DNA of 64,000 nucleotides from Octopus vulgaris. Its lineage: Eukaryota. Shown one piece after another: positions 38,001 to 52,781 of this stretch. The DNA lies in NCBI GenBank assembly GCA_951406725.2, contig OX597826.1:37696001-37760000 (forward strand), written 5' to 3'. Position 1 is the stretch's first letter. Every line of letters begins with the position of its first letter. Below the pieces are notes generated by a model. It was not told the DNA's origin. It was given only the letters and a program-made list of their open reading frames with translations, and made no database searches. Position numbers and translations under genes: made by a program.

Positions 38001-39800
38001 TTCAGTCTTCTTTGTTCTGATGCAATTTTCCAGATGTCACAAATCTTTTCTTCTCCCCCGTTTTTGTTTCTCTTCGTCTAACTAAATACGTCAAAATTTG
38101 GTTAGACAATAAGAAAAATGTGACAGACCAAAGTTTCATCTAAATAAACAAATCTGAAATAAACAAAAGCAAATCCCTTTGTAATACATGTAGTTTCAGT
38201 TGGTGCGAATTTTTATTTGAACAGATTTGAATTTGACATTTAAACTTATGCTGAGAGAATTTACAGAAACACTCCTTGTTTTAGCAAAACATCTGAGCTG
38301 GATGCTCTTCGTGAAATACTGTTAGCCTTGAAGTCATTGTGGACCTGAATATTACACGGCAGCACCAACTTGTTTGAAATACTGAAATGGAATTGATATC
38401 CTGTCGCTAATTAGAGTGTCATTTTGAGAAAATAACAAGAAACAATTTTTTAGTTTTAGAAAGTAACTATGTTTAGTCTCATTAAAAGTTCGTTCTACTT
38501 AAACCAGAAATAAAACGGTAATGGTAAACAGCTGAAACATAACAAACAGAAAAGTATCATACAATAATTTTTTTTTTTGTTTTAATAATACAATACAAGA
38601 AAAAAATCATACAACGAATATAAAATCATAGGAACGAGTTTTGAATCTTGACTGTAATTCTAATTTTTTTCTTTGTCTGTTTTTGTTGCTTTTCTTTTCT
38701 ATTCATCTGAAGAATATGTAGTGATGTTGACCTTTGCTGATCAACAAAGGCTGGTTTAGTATATGGTGTCGTTCTGCTACAGTTTCCACGCGTTGGAATC
38801 TGTAACAACTGTGAATAGGTAGGAATTTTAAGCGGTTGCAGGTCTGAAATGGGAACACTGAGCATTCAGTTTTATATGGCATTTCGGAAGCTGATGCATC
38901 AGTCAGGCTTGGCTTGAAGTGCTATGAAATTTCCTAGATAGATCAGTTAGATCACTCTTAAGTCAGTGATTTGTAAAATTATTCTAACGAGCCATTGCTT
39001 TTTTTTTTTTCCTTTTTTTCTCCATTTTGTCTTGTTCCTCTCCACAATTCACAAACAGTTCTCAAAAACAGAGACTGCTGAACTTATGCTATCAAAAGCA
39101 TCTCATTTCCGAACATATCATTAGTGTCCAACTGAGATTTACAACCGCCGGATATTAAAAACAAGTTGTAACAGGCTGAGAGAGAAAGGTTTGAACTTGT
39201 TACGGTAGGCGATCCCAGAAACGTGCAAAAATTCTTCTTCTCGGTTTTATCCGACGTGTTTTCAAGCAAAGAGAGACAAATCTCACACAATCTCAAGCTA
39301 AAGAAACTCAATTTAATCAAGAACATAAAGCCTGAACTAGACTAAAAGACTTTGTCTATTTTGCTCACTGCATCATAACTATGAATGGTCCAGAAATAAC
39401 CATGGTCACTGTGATCACTTCGTTGAATTAGCATCGCAGAAGAAGCGGCTTTGTTTTCTTTCTTACATCGAATATATTTTCTGATATGTGTATCACAACT
39501 GATGCTGAACGTAGTCATGTAAATATACACTAGCTGAGAGTGTAATGTTGCAGTTTGCTTTTGTGTATAGGTGGAAAGCATGGGTAGCATACACATATTA
39601 CAATATTATCTATCTTGTCTACACACACTCATCTCTTAAACACGCATACACACACACGCACATATACATATGGATAAATGTATACAGTCACACTCATGCG
39701 CCTACACGTATATATATATGTGTGTGTGTGTATGTATGTATGTATGTATGTATGTATGTATGTATGTATGTATGTATGTATGTATGTATGCATGTATGTA

Positions 39801-39848
<48 letters not shown>

Positions 39849-41135
39849 GACCTTGGAAAACGAAGCAATATCGGTATCGTCTTCAAATGTATGCCACCTT
39901 TGTATCATTCAATAAAGCAAAAATGAAGAGCAAACATGGAAGTAAAAGGAGCTGTGTGAGTAGTGGGGTATGGAGTTCTTTTATTTGAGCAATAAAGTAT
40001 CTGTATAAGTGAAAGTAAATGAGTAAAGAGAAATAACTCAGAGCCGCATAGATTTGAAGAACAAATACAAAGAGATGTATAATAAATAACACGCACGATA
40101 AATTCAGAGTTTATTGAAATCATGTAAATTGGTAGGAATGAGAAGACATAATCTCAAGAATAAAAAATTTCTCTATAATTGAAATATTAAAAGAAGGACA
40201 GTCTGAAGAAAAGAAGATAACTGTAGATACATGTTTCTGCCTCAATAAGTGTCATCATCATAGCTGTTCTACCTTGTGTCCTACAAAGAAGACGTAGCTT
40301 TCATATTTTTTTCTCTTATAGTAATTAAGTGGGGTTGAATTATAGATACAGTTTTACTGGAGCAAATTAGGAGTTCAATTATTCTTATCGTGGCAAATGT
40401 AATGCAAATGTAGATTTTATCGAAATGATGATGGTCAACCAAAGATATGTTATCGTTTGAATTTATGAAGGAGGATGTAAATTTTGTGGAATCGATTTAA
40501 TTGAGATATAAAGTCAATTTAAAATTAAAAGTTTAAATATTTAAATTCGAGGTTTTATACTAGTTTTATTATTTTAGCACAAACTTGCTAAAATATAGAT
40601 TAAAGATTTCAAAGATTTCAAAAGTTTTAATTTTTAAAAATTTCAAAAGTTTTAATTTGAAAAATTTCATAAGTTTTAACACCATTTTTTGTATATATAA
40701 AGACAGATTGTGCCAGATGACTCGTTTATTAAGTTAATGTATTTATTTGTTGCAAAAAGTTAAAAGGTGGTTAGACGATGCTAAAATAGAACAAAATAAC
40801 TAAAAATAAAAGTAAATAAATACAAAATGAAATTAGAAAATATAGGATATAGGTAAAATATTTTATCGTATATAAAATATATAAATATGGAGAGGTCACA
40901 TCTTTCGGAAATGTGGCAGGTTTATAGTGCTTAAAAGTTTTATATGTTTTATGACGATATGTAGAAACACTACGATCATGATTGTTTATTTATAAATAAA
41001 CGATCGGCAAGTCTCTTTATACACCGTCATAAAATATACAAAACTCTGGTTATACATTTTGATATATAAATAAATACGTCAGTTTTAATCTCGATATACT
41101 ACTATATTTATGTATATGAATATATATATGTGTGT

Positions 41136-41185
<50 letters not shown>

Positions 41186-41588
41186 ATATACATACTTATG
41201 TATCTTCTATCTTTTACTTGTTTCAGTCATTTAACTGCAGCCCTGCCTTTATGTGTATGTGTGTGAATGGGTGTGTGTGAGTGCATGTGAATGTGTATGT
41301 GTTTGTTTATGCATGCATGCATGCATACATACATACATACATACATACATACATACATACATACATACATACATACATGCATACATACAGGCATTTATTG
41401 AAATAATATTCAATTCAAGGGTGGTTACTGGTGAAATTTCAAAGTTACAGACTAACATGAATATACATATATATATATATATGCATGTATGTGTGTATAT
41501 ATATTGTATGTATCTATATATATATATATATATGTATGTATGTGTATATATATGTGTGTTTGTATGTATGTATATATATATATGTTTG

Positions 41589-41639
<51 letters not shown>

Positions 41640-41716
41640 TTGTATGTATGTGTATATATTATATATGTATATACATATATATATATACAGACAGACAAAC
41701 AGATAAATAGGCAGAC

Positions 41717-41751
<35 letters not shown>

Positions 41752-41756
41752 AGATT

Positions 41757-41842
<86 letters not shown>

Positions 41843-42704
41843 GGATGGGCTGTATTCAAAAATAACTTCTAGACATAATTATATGCTATTATATTATTAA
41901 AATCTATTGAGTAAATGTTTGCGTATATTTGAGATTATGCACAAGAAATGTCGAGGTTCAGAGAGAAAAAGACAGAGGCAGAGAGAGACAGAGAAATAGA
42001 GAGATACATAAAGAAAATTAGAGGTGAGGATAACAGAAACAGAGGAATAGTGACAGAGATAAAAAGATCGCAGACAGAGTGAGAGAGAGAGAGATATATA
42101 TAAAGAGAGAGAGAGATTGAGATTGAAGAGTGTCAAGTAAATACAATTTATATACATTTGTCTGTGCTTCAGAGAATATCTTCTATAAATTGTTATCTAA
42201 CTTTAACTTATAATCAGACATTTACTTAACAAACAGGTTATTTTTAGACAGATGGCGCTGTAAACTATTTTACGCATGTTTTCTTCACAATCTTGTTAAC
42301 CATTCCCAAGATATTGGATTTTCTGCGAGAGATCATTTACACTTTGTTTCATGAATTGGTACCAAATTTTGCCATTTACTTGTGAAGAGGTTTCATTTTA
42401 GTTACTTGTTTTTACATTTTGCGGAGATTTCTTTCTATTTTTTTGTCTTTGGTCATTCATAGCAAAGCTTCAGGCTGCAACATGCCTGAAATGATTCACT
42501 TTCTTTCAGAAATAACAAGGCAAGAGTCCTTCTTTCTAGTAAAGTGCATTGTTGCTACCCATCCAGGCGACAAATTTAAATTCACCATCACGAAATTACT
42601 TCGTAAATTTTGAATTGATTCTAAACTATTTTAGAAACTGTGTATCCTTGGTTGATTTGTCGACCAAAATCATTTCCTTCATTTTATGCCTTTTACAACT
42701 ATAT

Positions 42705-42783
<79 letters not shown>

Positions 42784-43552
42784 CTTATACATATATAGTC
42801 ATACACACACGCAAACACACACACACACACACACACACTTACACACACATAGATACATATATAGATATAAATAGATAGGCAGACGGATATATTTCCCACC
42901 TCGGCTGCAATTGTATATAACTTTATAACTTCTAACACGTTTCTGTGAATCTTCAATCATTATAGGTTCAAATTCTAACGACGTCAGCTAATTATTATTT
43001 TTTTTTTTTACTTTTTTTACCTTAAGTCTAATGAAATAAACAGTTTTCAGCCATGAAATAAATCTTCAAATCTTCTACTGCATTTTTTCTGATTTGCTTC
43101 TTCTGTTTCATTTTTCTTTTTTTTTTTTTTTTGGTAGGAGAGGAAAAGGCTTCCTTGCCATATAATATGTCATTCTATACATGATCAAAGCACAGTCTCT
43201 GGTTAATACTTTTTCATGGTGATTGATTTGTAACCTAAGACCAGATTTTTCGTTAATAAAAATTGATACAGTAATTGGATGTCGCACTATCACAGGGGTT
43301 CCATTCTTTGCCCATTTCTCTCTATTCGTTCTTTAATTGCTTTGTATGGATGTATGGATGGGGACCGTAAAATCTAATTCTATGATGATCCAGTTGCAAA
43401 GAAAAAAAACAAAACAAATTCTACAGTTACAGATTCTAGATCGTGCGTTGCTTCGGGAAAGATATTTGAGCTCAAAAATCACTGGTATAATGAAGATATG
43501 TTTACATGGACATTGGTGGTACATCAACGATGACGATAATGATTTCGGATCA

Positions 43553-43784
43553 AGACGGCGAGCTGGCAGAAACGTTAGCACACCGGGTGAAATGCTTAGC
43601 AGTATTGCGTCTGTCGTTGCGTTCTGAGTTCAAATTCCGCCGAGGTCGACTTTGCCTTTTATCCTTTCGGGGTCGATAAATTAAGTACCAGTTACTCACT
43701 GGGGTCGATGTAATCGACTTAATCCATTTGTCTGTCCTTGTTTGTCCCCTCTATGTTTAGCCCCTTGTGGGCAATAAAGAAACA
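43553..43784 (+). mobile_element. SINE family A, full length, Tx1-like tail
   Basis: A/B boxes, Nin block, tail ending AATAAAGAAA; TSD gatttcRgatcaag at 43541-43554 and 43785-43798. Confidence 0.9.
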
Positions 43785-44367
43785 GATTTCAGATCAAGGC
43801 GGTATGTGGAGGAGGACTAATCGATAACATTGATGAACTGTGGTTAGTTTTTGTTGACTCTAGAAAGATGAAAGATGCAGCTGACTGCGGTGGGATTTGA
43901 ACTCAGAATGTATAAGGCCGGAACAAATATTGCAGGGCATTTCCCCCGAAGTTCCAATATTCTACAAATGTACAACACTTAACACAGACATAATTATAAT
44001 AACCTTGGAATCAGTATACGTGGTTGGCACATCGGTTCCCCAAATGCGGCCGTCTTACATTAATTTGTTGGCACTATGTGCGAAGTGAAGTTAACTTGTC
44101 TCACACGTTATAACTCCATGACTACTTTTTGAAGACCTCTGTTTGCTATTTGCTCTTTCTAATCAATTTACCAAAGTTTCCAATAGCTGGATTCCTATGA
44201 CCTATATTTCGGAATCTGCTACGATGAAACGTAATGATATATGTAGAAGTATTTCTTCATATGCCTCTGTGTACACTTGTCTGTCTGAATGTATGAGTGG
44301 AGTTGCAAGTAAGCGACATCTAGTTATGCATAAATCCGCATTACACCACAAACATTTAAAAAAATCA

Positions 44368-44405
<38 letters not shown>

Positions 44406-44510
44406 AATACCGTATTGTGATAGAAACAAAACGGCTTTCATATGTATAAACATTCACTGCCAAAGAGTAGTACATAGAAATTTCTCTTTCCCTCTCTCTT
44501 TCACTTTATT

Positions 44511-44621
<111 letters not shown>

Positions 44622-45506
44622 GCATAAGGCGTATGTGTGTAAATTATATATATACACGCACAAATGTGTAGACATACGTACACATGTACATATGGAGAGG
44701 CGAAAGAGAGGGGAAGTTAAGGTGTTGAGTGGGGAAGAGATTGAGATCATTACTGAAAGATATTCGCACGGCAAAGGTATAATATACATAAGTAATAACA
44801 CAATCATTCACAGATATGTTATCAGACAAATAGATTATTAGACAAAAAGACAGACAAACAGAAATATAGATAAATGTGGAGGCAGGAGCCGCAAAGTACA
44901 TACATACAAGATGAACCACATTCAGACAGGCAGCTAAATATTTACAAATAAAAATATACCAATGGAAGATTATATGATCTCTCACGTATACTGACATGGG
45001 AAACACACATACATGAAGACATAGGGAGAGTGAGAAGGAGAGAAATAAAGAGACAGAGAGTGGTTGAGTGAGAAAAAATGTAGGGAAAACAGTAAAAACT
45101 TAGAATACTTCCGTAAACATCTTGTATTTTTCGATTTTTTGAAGATTACCATTTTGCTGGTTTTATCCTGATTTCGTGTTGTTTATATTTTTTTTGTTGT
45201 TTTGTATTATTTTGTAGAGGAAAGAAGTGAAAAGTTACTGAAGCGGTTTTTGCTAAAGTTCGTGTATTAGTAAGCCTATTTTTTTACATCCGGGTCAGGA
45301 TCACGTGTCCAGCTTATGATTTAAACCGATTACAACTTGACTACAACTGACTCAGCCTTTTTTCTTTCCCCGTCTGCTGCACTAGAGCAGTCTTCGTCCT
45401 ATATTCTAACAAATTACTAGATTTCTTCTTTACTATTCTCGCAGCTCGCTTCCTCTCTCTCTTTCACTTTCTCTGCATTGATAGATAAACGGACAGACTG
45501 ACAGAC

Positions 45507-45624
<118 letters not shown>

Positions 45625-45627
45625 ATG

Positions 45628-45663
<36 letters not shown>

Positions 45664-45695
45664 TATATATATACATATATATGAATGTACATATG

Positions 45696-45740
<45 letters not shown>

Positions 45741-46423
45741 GCATAAGCACAAGTGTATGTGGGAGTGTATATGTATCCTTTTGTGTTTTATGAAAACCAT
45801 GTTAAGAGAAAGACCAATAAAAATTGTATAAATCCATGTTTAATGCAATAATATAATGTAATACAATGGTGGATGAGTTGGAATACTGTTGGAAATAAAA
45901 CAAAACTGTAAATATCAAGTTAAATTCATTCATACGTTAAATAGCTCTACTCAAGACAGCAGCTCATATTTCTGTTTAGCAACAGTAAATTACGTGTTGT
46001 ATTGCCTTTATCAGTGGATTCTAAAGAGGAAGATGTGCAACTGGAAGATTTATGCTTATGTATAAACGAACGTTTATTTAAAGCGGGAATTAACTGATTC
46101 AGCCAAACTTTGCGACAATTTTCTTAGAGTCTTTTTGCTTTCAAAGCAAGGATCTTCACAGAAAGAATCCTAATAAACAAAGTTAGTATTGAAAAGCAAT
46201 TTACAATTAAATGGCTAAAGAATCGGCCTCCGGGGCTGGATGTTTTGTGCTCAAGTTACTTTTAGGTCCAGAAATGATTCTGTTTCAAAAGTTCGTTTTT
46301 CAACCACTTCATCTCTGATGCAGACCAACTCTGCTGTGCTTTGGACAGGTATCTTCAGTTATATACCTGAGCCGACTAATATAAATGCTGTGTTAGTTTA
46401 ACGCTTAAAAAGAATAGAAAGCG

Positions 46424-46460
46424 TATTTATGTTTCGGACGCAAGCCCTTCATCAGAAAAA
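46424..46460 (-). ncRNA. Minimal hammerhead motif in a probable PLE-type 3' end (~46390-46790)
   Basis: Minus strand UUUUU-CUGAUGA-A-GGGC(UUGC)GUCC-GAAAC-AUA-AAUA: canonical core and stem II, weak stems I and III. Confidence 0.6.
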
Positions 46461-46903
46461 TTCAAGAATGAAAGGATGTGGCGAAAAAATTAAAAGAATG
46501 AGAAAAGATTGTTCGAACATAAAAACTATTAAACGCCAGGCTGGAATACGATACAGTGAGTGGTGTGTACACGTATGAGAGGGTATCTTTGTATAGAAAT
46601 GGGCATACGTGGGTGTATATATATGTAGGGTGGTATAAGGTGCGTGTAGTTTCTTGAAATGTATAGAGGTGTGCAAATATGGGTGTGTAGTGGCGTGGAA
46701 TAATGTGGGACGTTGATGTATTGGCGTGAGAGGAAGAGGACGTGACAGATGTGAGTGTGAAGTGAAAGGGAAGGGGAACGTGGTATGTGTGTGTGCGCGT
46801 GTGTATGTGCGTGTGTGTGTGCATGTGTGTGTGTGCGCGTGAGTGTGTGAGTGTGCGCGAGTGTGTGTGTTTGCGTGTGTATGTATCTACGTTCTTTAAT
46901 TCA

Positions 46904-47298
46904 TTTACTTGTTTCAATCATCAAACTGCGGCCATGCTGGGACACCACCCTGAAGAATTTTCGTCGAAAGTATCGACTCAAATTTTAAAGCGTGCTACTT
47001 TTGTGATTGTCCGAATCGCTTAGTTACGGGGTCGTAAACACACCACCACCGGTTGTCAAGCAATCATAGAGAACAAATACAGACACAAAGACACACATAC
47101 ATACAAACATACATACACACACATACACACTTAAGACGGGCTTCTTTCAGTTTCCGTCTACAAATCCACTTACAAGGCTTTGGGGCTTTGGTTGATCTGG
47201 TGATATAGTAGAAAACATTCGCCCAAGGTGCTACGCAGTGGGACTGAACACAGAACCATGGGAGACAAACTTCTTAGCACAAAGCCACGCTTGGGCCT
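46904..47298 (-). mobile_element. SINE family B
   Basis: Collinear with the 18498-18919 copy. Confidence 0.8.
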
Positions 47299-47400
47299 AT
47301 GTATTAAACATCGCCTCTTTCCCTTTTTGCAAGTACCTCCCTTTTGTAAGTACCTGAATGATATTTGATGTTTCGATTATTTTTCACCTTGACATGTTAT

Positions 47401-47788
47401 CATCGTGGCACTCCGTCGGTTTCCACGATGAGTGTTCCAGTTGATCCGATCAGCGGAACAGCTTGCTCATGAAATTAACGTGCAAATGGCTGAACACTTC
47501 ACGGACACGTGTACCCTTAACGTAGTTCTCGGCGAGATTCAGCGTGATACAGAGTGTGACAAGGCTGCCCCTTTGAAATGCAGGTACAACAGAAACAGGA
47601 AGAATGAGTAAGAGAAAGTTGTGGTGAAAGAGTAGAGCAGGGTTCGCCACCCCACCCCCTGCCGGATCCTCGTGGAGCTTTAGGCGTTTTCGCTCAGTAA
47701 ACACTCACAACGCCCGGTTTGGGAATCGAAACCGCGATCCTATGACCGCGAGTCTGCTGCCCTAACCACTGGGCCATTGTGCTTCCAC
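47401..47788 (-). mobile_element. SINE family C (tRNA-derived), full length
   Basis: Minus-strand head tggcccagtggttagggcagcagactcgcggtcataggatcgcggtttcgattccc; 11-bp TSD tgacatgttat at 47390-47400 and 47789-47799. Confidence 0.9.
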
Positions 47789-48111
47789 TGACATGTTATA
47801 TTCAAGAGTGTTTTCGGTATTCTGTTTCTTTTTCTGTTGTTTTAGGAAATTTTGAAACTTTGACATTTAATGTTTCGTCTTTTCTTAAGTTCAAGAACAA
47901 ATGATATTTGATTTACTTGTCTTTATTTTTATTCTATTTTTATTTTTATTCTATTATTTTTTTTCATTTTTTTTTTTCTTGTATGTTCATTACTGTCTGA
48001 ATTCATATTAAATTGGTTTGGTGAACAAATGAAATCACACTAATATTTATTATTGACTGTTTATTCGTAGGAGGGTGCGGTTTGAGACACATATAGCTTT
48101 ATTGTTAATGT

Positions 48112-48143
<32 letters not shown>

Positions 48144-48156
48144 CTTTTATCTTCCA

Positions 48157-48695
48157 TTTTTTACTTGTTGCTGTCATTAGATTGCGGCCATGCTGGGGCA
48201 CGTCCTTGAAGAATTTTTAGTCGAATGTATCGACCCCGATACTTATTTTCAAAAGGCTAGTACTTATTCTACAGGTCATTTTTGGCAAACCGCTAAGTTA
48301 CAGGGACGTAAACACGCCATCACCGGTTTTCAAGCGTTGTGCTGGGGGAGGTAAGCACAGCCACAAAAACCACACACACACATGCAAACTTATATTATTA
48401 TATATGTTTTGTAATTTAAATTGTGTGCGAAGTGAAACAATTGTAGGCAATGTTAATTAATTAATTAATTAATTAATTAATTTAAATCCATTGAATCTCT
48501 CCATTTGAAACTTATTAATAATATCATATATATATATATATACAATAGGCTTCTTTCAGTTTCCGTCAACTATATCCACTCGCAAGGCCTTTGGCTGCTG
48601 GCGGCTATTGTAGAAGATACTCGCCTAATATGCCACGCAGTGGGACTGAACCTGGAACTATGTGATTGTGAAGCAGGCTTCCTACCACAGAGCCT
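48157..48695 (-). mobile_element. SINE family B interrupted by a ~125 bp insert in its microsatellite
   Basis: 3' half ~48157-48375 and 5' half ~48543-48695. Confidence 0.75.
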
Positions 48696-48811
48696 CGTAT
48701 GTGTATGTTATTTTTTTTCTTGTTTCAGCTCAGAGGTGCGGCCATGCTGATGCACCGCCGTTATGTATATGTTATATATATGTATGTGTGTGCGCGTGTG
48801 TGCGCGCGTGT

Positions 48812-49113
48812 AGCGGGTGGCCTAGTGGTTAAGGTGTTGCACTCACGATTGGTAGATCGTGGGCTGGCTTCACGGATCGATCGGTGCTGTGTGCATTCAA
48901 GCAAAATACTTCATGCCATGTTGCCGTAGTCCACTCAACCGTAAAGGAGTCACCCTGTCTGTAAAGAAGTGGCCTTTCGATAGAAGATAATGTTGGCCTG
49001 CTTGCCTAACCATTGGAGTGGCATCTTTTGATAACTAAAACGATGCAAAGCGCATTGTGAATAGCGATGGAAAACAACATCCGATCTTCTCGTTGCTCTC
49101 GTGATCACATGAT
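48812..49113 (+). mobile_element. Degenerate SINE family D
   Basis: tggcctagtggttaaggtgttgcactcacg head and agcaaaatacttcat block. Confidence 0.6.
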
Positions 49114-49789
49114 GTATGTAAGTATGTATATGTATAGAAACAATACAGTAAACAAACGAGAAAAAGAATCAGAATGATTTACAGTTGTATGTATTTTATA
49201 AGCGAATCTTCTGCTCCACATTCCATTAACTTTTTTTAATCAGAGAACATGTCCATACCATCAGATGTTGAGAGTGAGACACACGCAAAACATTTGTTGA
49301 TATGAACGTATTCTGCTCCCAGGAAACTTTAGTCGAATGTATCGACCCCGGTACTGATTTTCAAAAGACTTGTACATTTTCTATAGGTCCTTTTTGGTGA
49401 ACCGCTAAGTTACAGGGACGTAATCACGCCAGCACAGGTTATCAAGCGTTTTGTCTGGGGTGGGAACAAGCACATACATAAAACATGCACACACATGCAA
49501 ATTTATATTATTATGTTTCGTAATTTAAATTGGGAGTGAAGTGAAACAATTGTAGGCAATGTTAATTAATTAATTAATTTAAAGCCATTGAATCTCTCCA
49601 TTTCGAAGCCTATTATTATACACATATACACTCGAACAATCGCACACACGTACAAATACATACAAACACATACACATATACAAACAAACAAATGTTGAAA
49701 ATGAGAATTTTTCGCCGAGAAAACATCGCACAGGCAATGCCATTCATCTTCGAGTGTTCCGGAACCGGTCAAAAATAACATGCACGTCA

Positions 49790-49836
<47 letters not shown>

Positions 49837-50156
49837 TATACACTCTCACACATACACACAGGTAACATATATATATATATATATGCATGTGTGTCTGTGC
49901 GCGTGAGAGGTGTAGGTGTGTAGGTACGCATGTATGTATGGAGTGTCAAATTCAAACAAACGCTATGTCCGGTAATTTAGGATAAATAACTCAAGAATCA
50001 TGCAGAGAGGTAATAATCATTCTCTCCATATTCTTTAGCGCAACAAAATATATTTTGTCAGACTAACGTTTATAGATTAAATGTTTATATAAATAAATAA
50101 ATAAACGTAAACAGACAGTCAGACGGACGGACGGACGGACGGACGGACAGACAGAC

Positions 50157-50216
<60 letters not shown>

Positions 50217-50615
50217 GGCTTGCTGGCTGGCTGGATGGCTGGCTGGATGGATGGATGGATGGATGGATGGATGGATGGATGCATGCATGGATGGATAGTC
50301 CTGACATTCCTTATTGCGATATACTTTTACATGCTTCGCATGTTCCTCCTGCTAGTTTAGTATTCTGCTTGATATGTCCTGGTTTGTGCGTTGAAGATAT
50401 ATGCAACCGTCGTTAGAACAAGTTTTTCTACCCATTGCCGAGATTACTACTAATAATACTAATACCAATGTAGATATGTCCATGTTGTGTTGCTGTTACG
50501 TTGCGTGGGAGGAAGACTTTGATTGGCAATTATCTGTGAAATTTATATTACAATCTTAAATATAATTAACGTTCACTCCTTCTAAAATGTTTGTATAATA
50601 ATGAATGTTTTATTA

Positions 50616-50706
<91 letters not shown>

Positions 50707-51548
50707 TGTTATTTTGTTTCTCGATGAACGTGTAGTCTTCCTGTATTCCATAGAATTACATCATACTGTACGTTTTTACGTTGTTTTATAAGATTTAATA
50801 ATTATGAATTTTAATTATATGGCAGTAGAGATATCGATTACGCATAATATCGGATACATGTATTCGGCAGTTTGTGCGCGTGCGTATGTATGCATAGACA
50901 TATGTATATAAATATATCTGCGTATGCTTATATGCATACATACATGTATGCGCGCATATGTACATAAATACATGTGTGTGTGTTTGCATGTGTGTGTGTT
51001 TATATATATATATATATATGTGCGTGTGTGTGTACACATACATATATACACAAACACATACGCACACACATACACACACAGAGAAATTAGTGTCACAAAA
51101 GTACTAGGGACATAAAAGTGTTTTCTTACATCTTTTCGTTTTACCCAATCACCACCACGACTAACACCAGGTACCACCATGTTCTCGTTGATCTGACTGA
51201 ACATAAATGAAGCACAAGAGAAAGAAGTACGGTTGATATAATGACTCAAAAGAATAGGTGCTTGTTACGGAATGCAAACAGTAGAATACAGACGCATATA
51301 TTGATATATATATATAGATGTGCGTGTATTTATGAGGATTAAGATGGTTATGTTATGCGACATGGAGAATACGGATAAAGTATCTGAATATATGAATATA
51401 CACAGATGTATGAATGTGGAGTAAAGAGGTTTGCTATGCACACGCAGAATTTCTTGTTTCATCACATTGGACATACAGCTTCTACTGTAGCCTTAGTTTT
51501 ACCAATATTCTGTGAACGTAATGAATACATAGGAAAGATAGATAGATA

Positions 51549-52060
51549 ACTTTCTTTATTGGCCACAAAGGGCTGGACACAGAGGGGACAATTACAAATG
51601 TAGAGCTTTTCTTTTCGAAGATGGAAAAGGAAAAAGAAGAAAACAAAAGGAAACAAATGTAAAATTTCGATCAAAATCGATCGGAAGAAAAAAAAGAGCA
51701 TCAAAAGGGAACGTGTATCACAGAAAGAAAAAACAATTTTTTTTTCAAAGTAACAAACAAGATTAGGTTCATCCGTGGAAAGAAAAGCCTACAGAAAAGA
51801 CCACGGTAACCTCAGGCAGGGAGGAAATAAACGCATGAGAGCAAAGTGCTCTCTCTCTCTTTTACGACTTACAGGATCATGCTCAAAGTGGTTTCGTCAC
51901 TCGCACGCACCATCTTTGCTGCATTCACCCACCTTTTTTTGAAACTTTCACGAGACAAAAACCTACCTCTCCATTCTCACCTTCCTTTTCAAGTGGTACT
52001 TGAAAAAGTTGATGAGCGATTGGCCAGAGAGGTAAGTGTTTGTCTCTAATCATTTCGCTC
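51549..52060 (-). mobile_element. Tx1/L1-group LINE 3' fragment (decayed ORF2 C-terminus + 3' UTR)
   Basis: Minus strand translates LETNTYLSGQSLINFFKYHLKRKVRMER* then, frameshifted, LSRESFKKRWVNAAKMV..LSMIL* (stop 51869-51871). This resembles the L1/Tx1 ORF2 end (F..RW). AATAAAGAAA then TATC repeats. Confidence 0.7.
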
Positions 52061-52781
52061 GTGTGTGAACAACACGCATATGTATATTTATACATATGCA
52101 TATATGTTATAGCTTAACTATTCCACAAATAAAACGACTGAGGTCAATCTAATCGAATAAAAAGGAAATATTCAACAGGTATCTGAATGCGAATAAGTTC
52201 ATCCTCATTTATTGAAAACAATCTATGAACGACACAACAGGACAGCTAGCTTCTTCATCCACATTCTTCTTTCGTTTTCACCATGTCCAGAATTTACACT
52301 CCACCTCACACGCACATACACACAAGCACACCCACACACATGCACATACTCATCGTCAAGCTAATATTCCAAAAGCTATTTCAAACAATATAACAAAATT
52401 CTTCAGAAAGTTCATAAAACTGAACTCATATTTCCAATCCAAGATTTCTTCCTTCGTCATTCTTAACACTCAACACACAACTACACATCAGCACACAAAG
52501 GTAACCACACATCTAATATGAAAATTTGTAGGCATTCCCGGTAATTTTACCTTCCATAATGTTACCTAGCACAATTATGTTAATTTTCAAACATCAGCTT
52601 ATACAGACATGTTACATTCTTGTCAACGCCCTCAATATGAACTGGGATTCTGTACATTCGAGTTAACACCACCGTCTGAAAATGTATTGTTTCAATTAAA
52701 GATATTTTTTGTATCTCAAACGAAGAAATACATGAACATGAAACGTGAGTTGCTGCCTAGGCCCCAACATATATATATATA

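Noticed and set aside
38620-39540. Repeat-free block with a polypyrimidine tract before cag at ~39058
   Set aside because: All frames close quickly; may be UTR or lncRNA but cannot be supported from sequence alone.
47715-47788. tRNA-like sequence (also ~57055-57127)
   Set aside because: It is the head of TSD-flanked SINE family C, not an independent tRNA gene.
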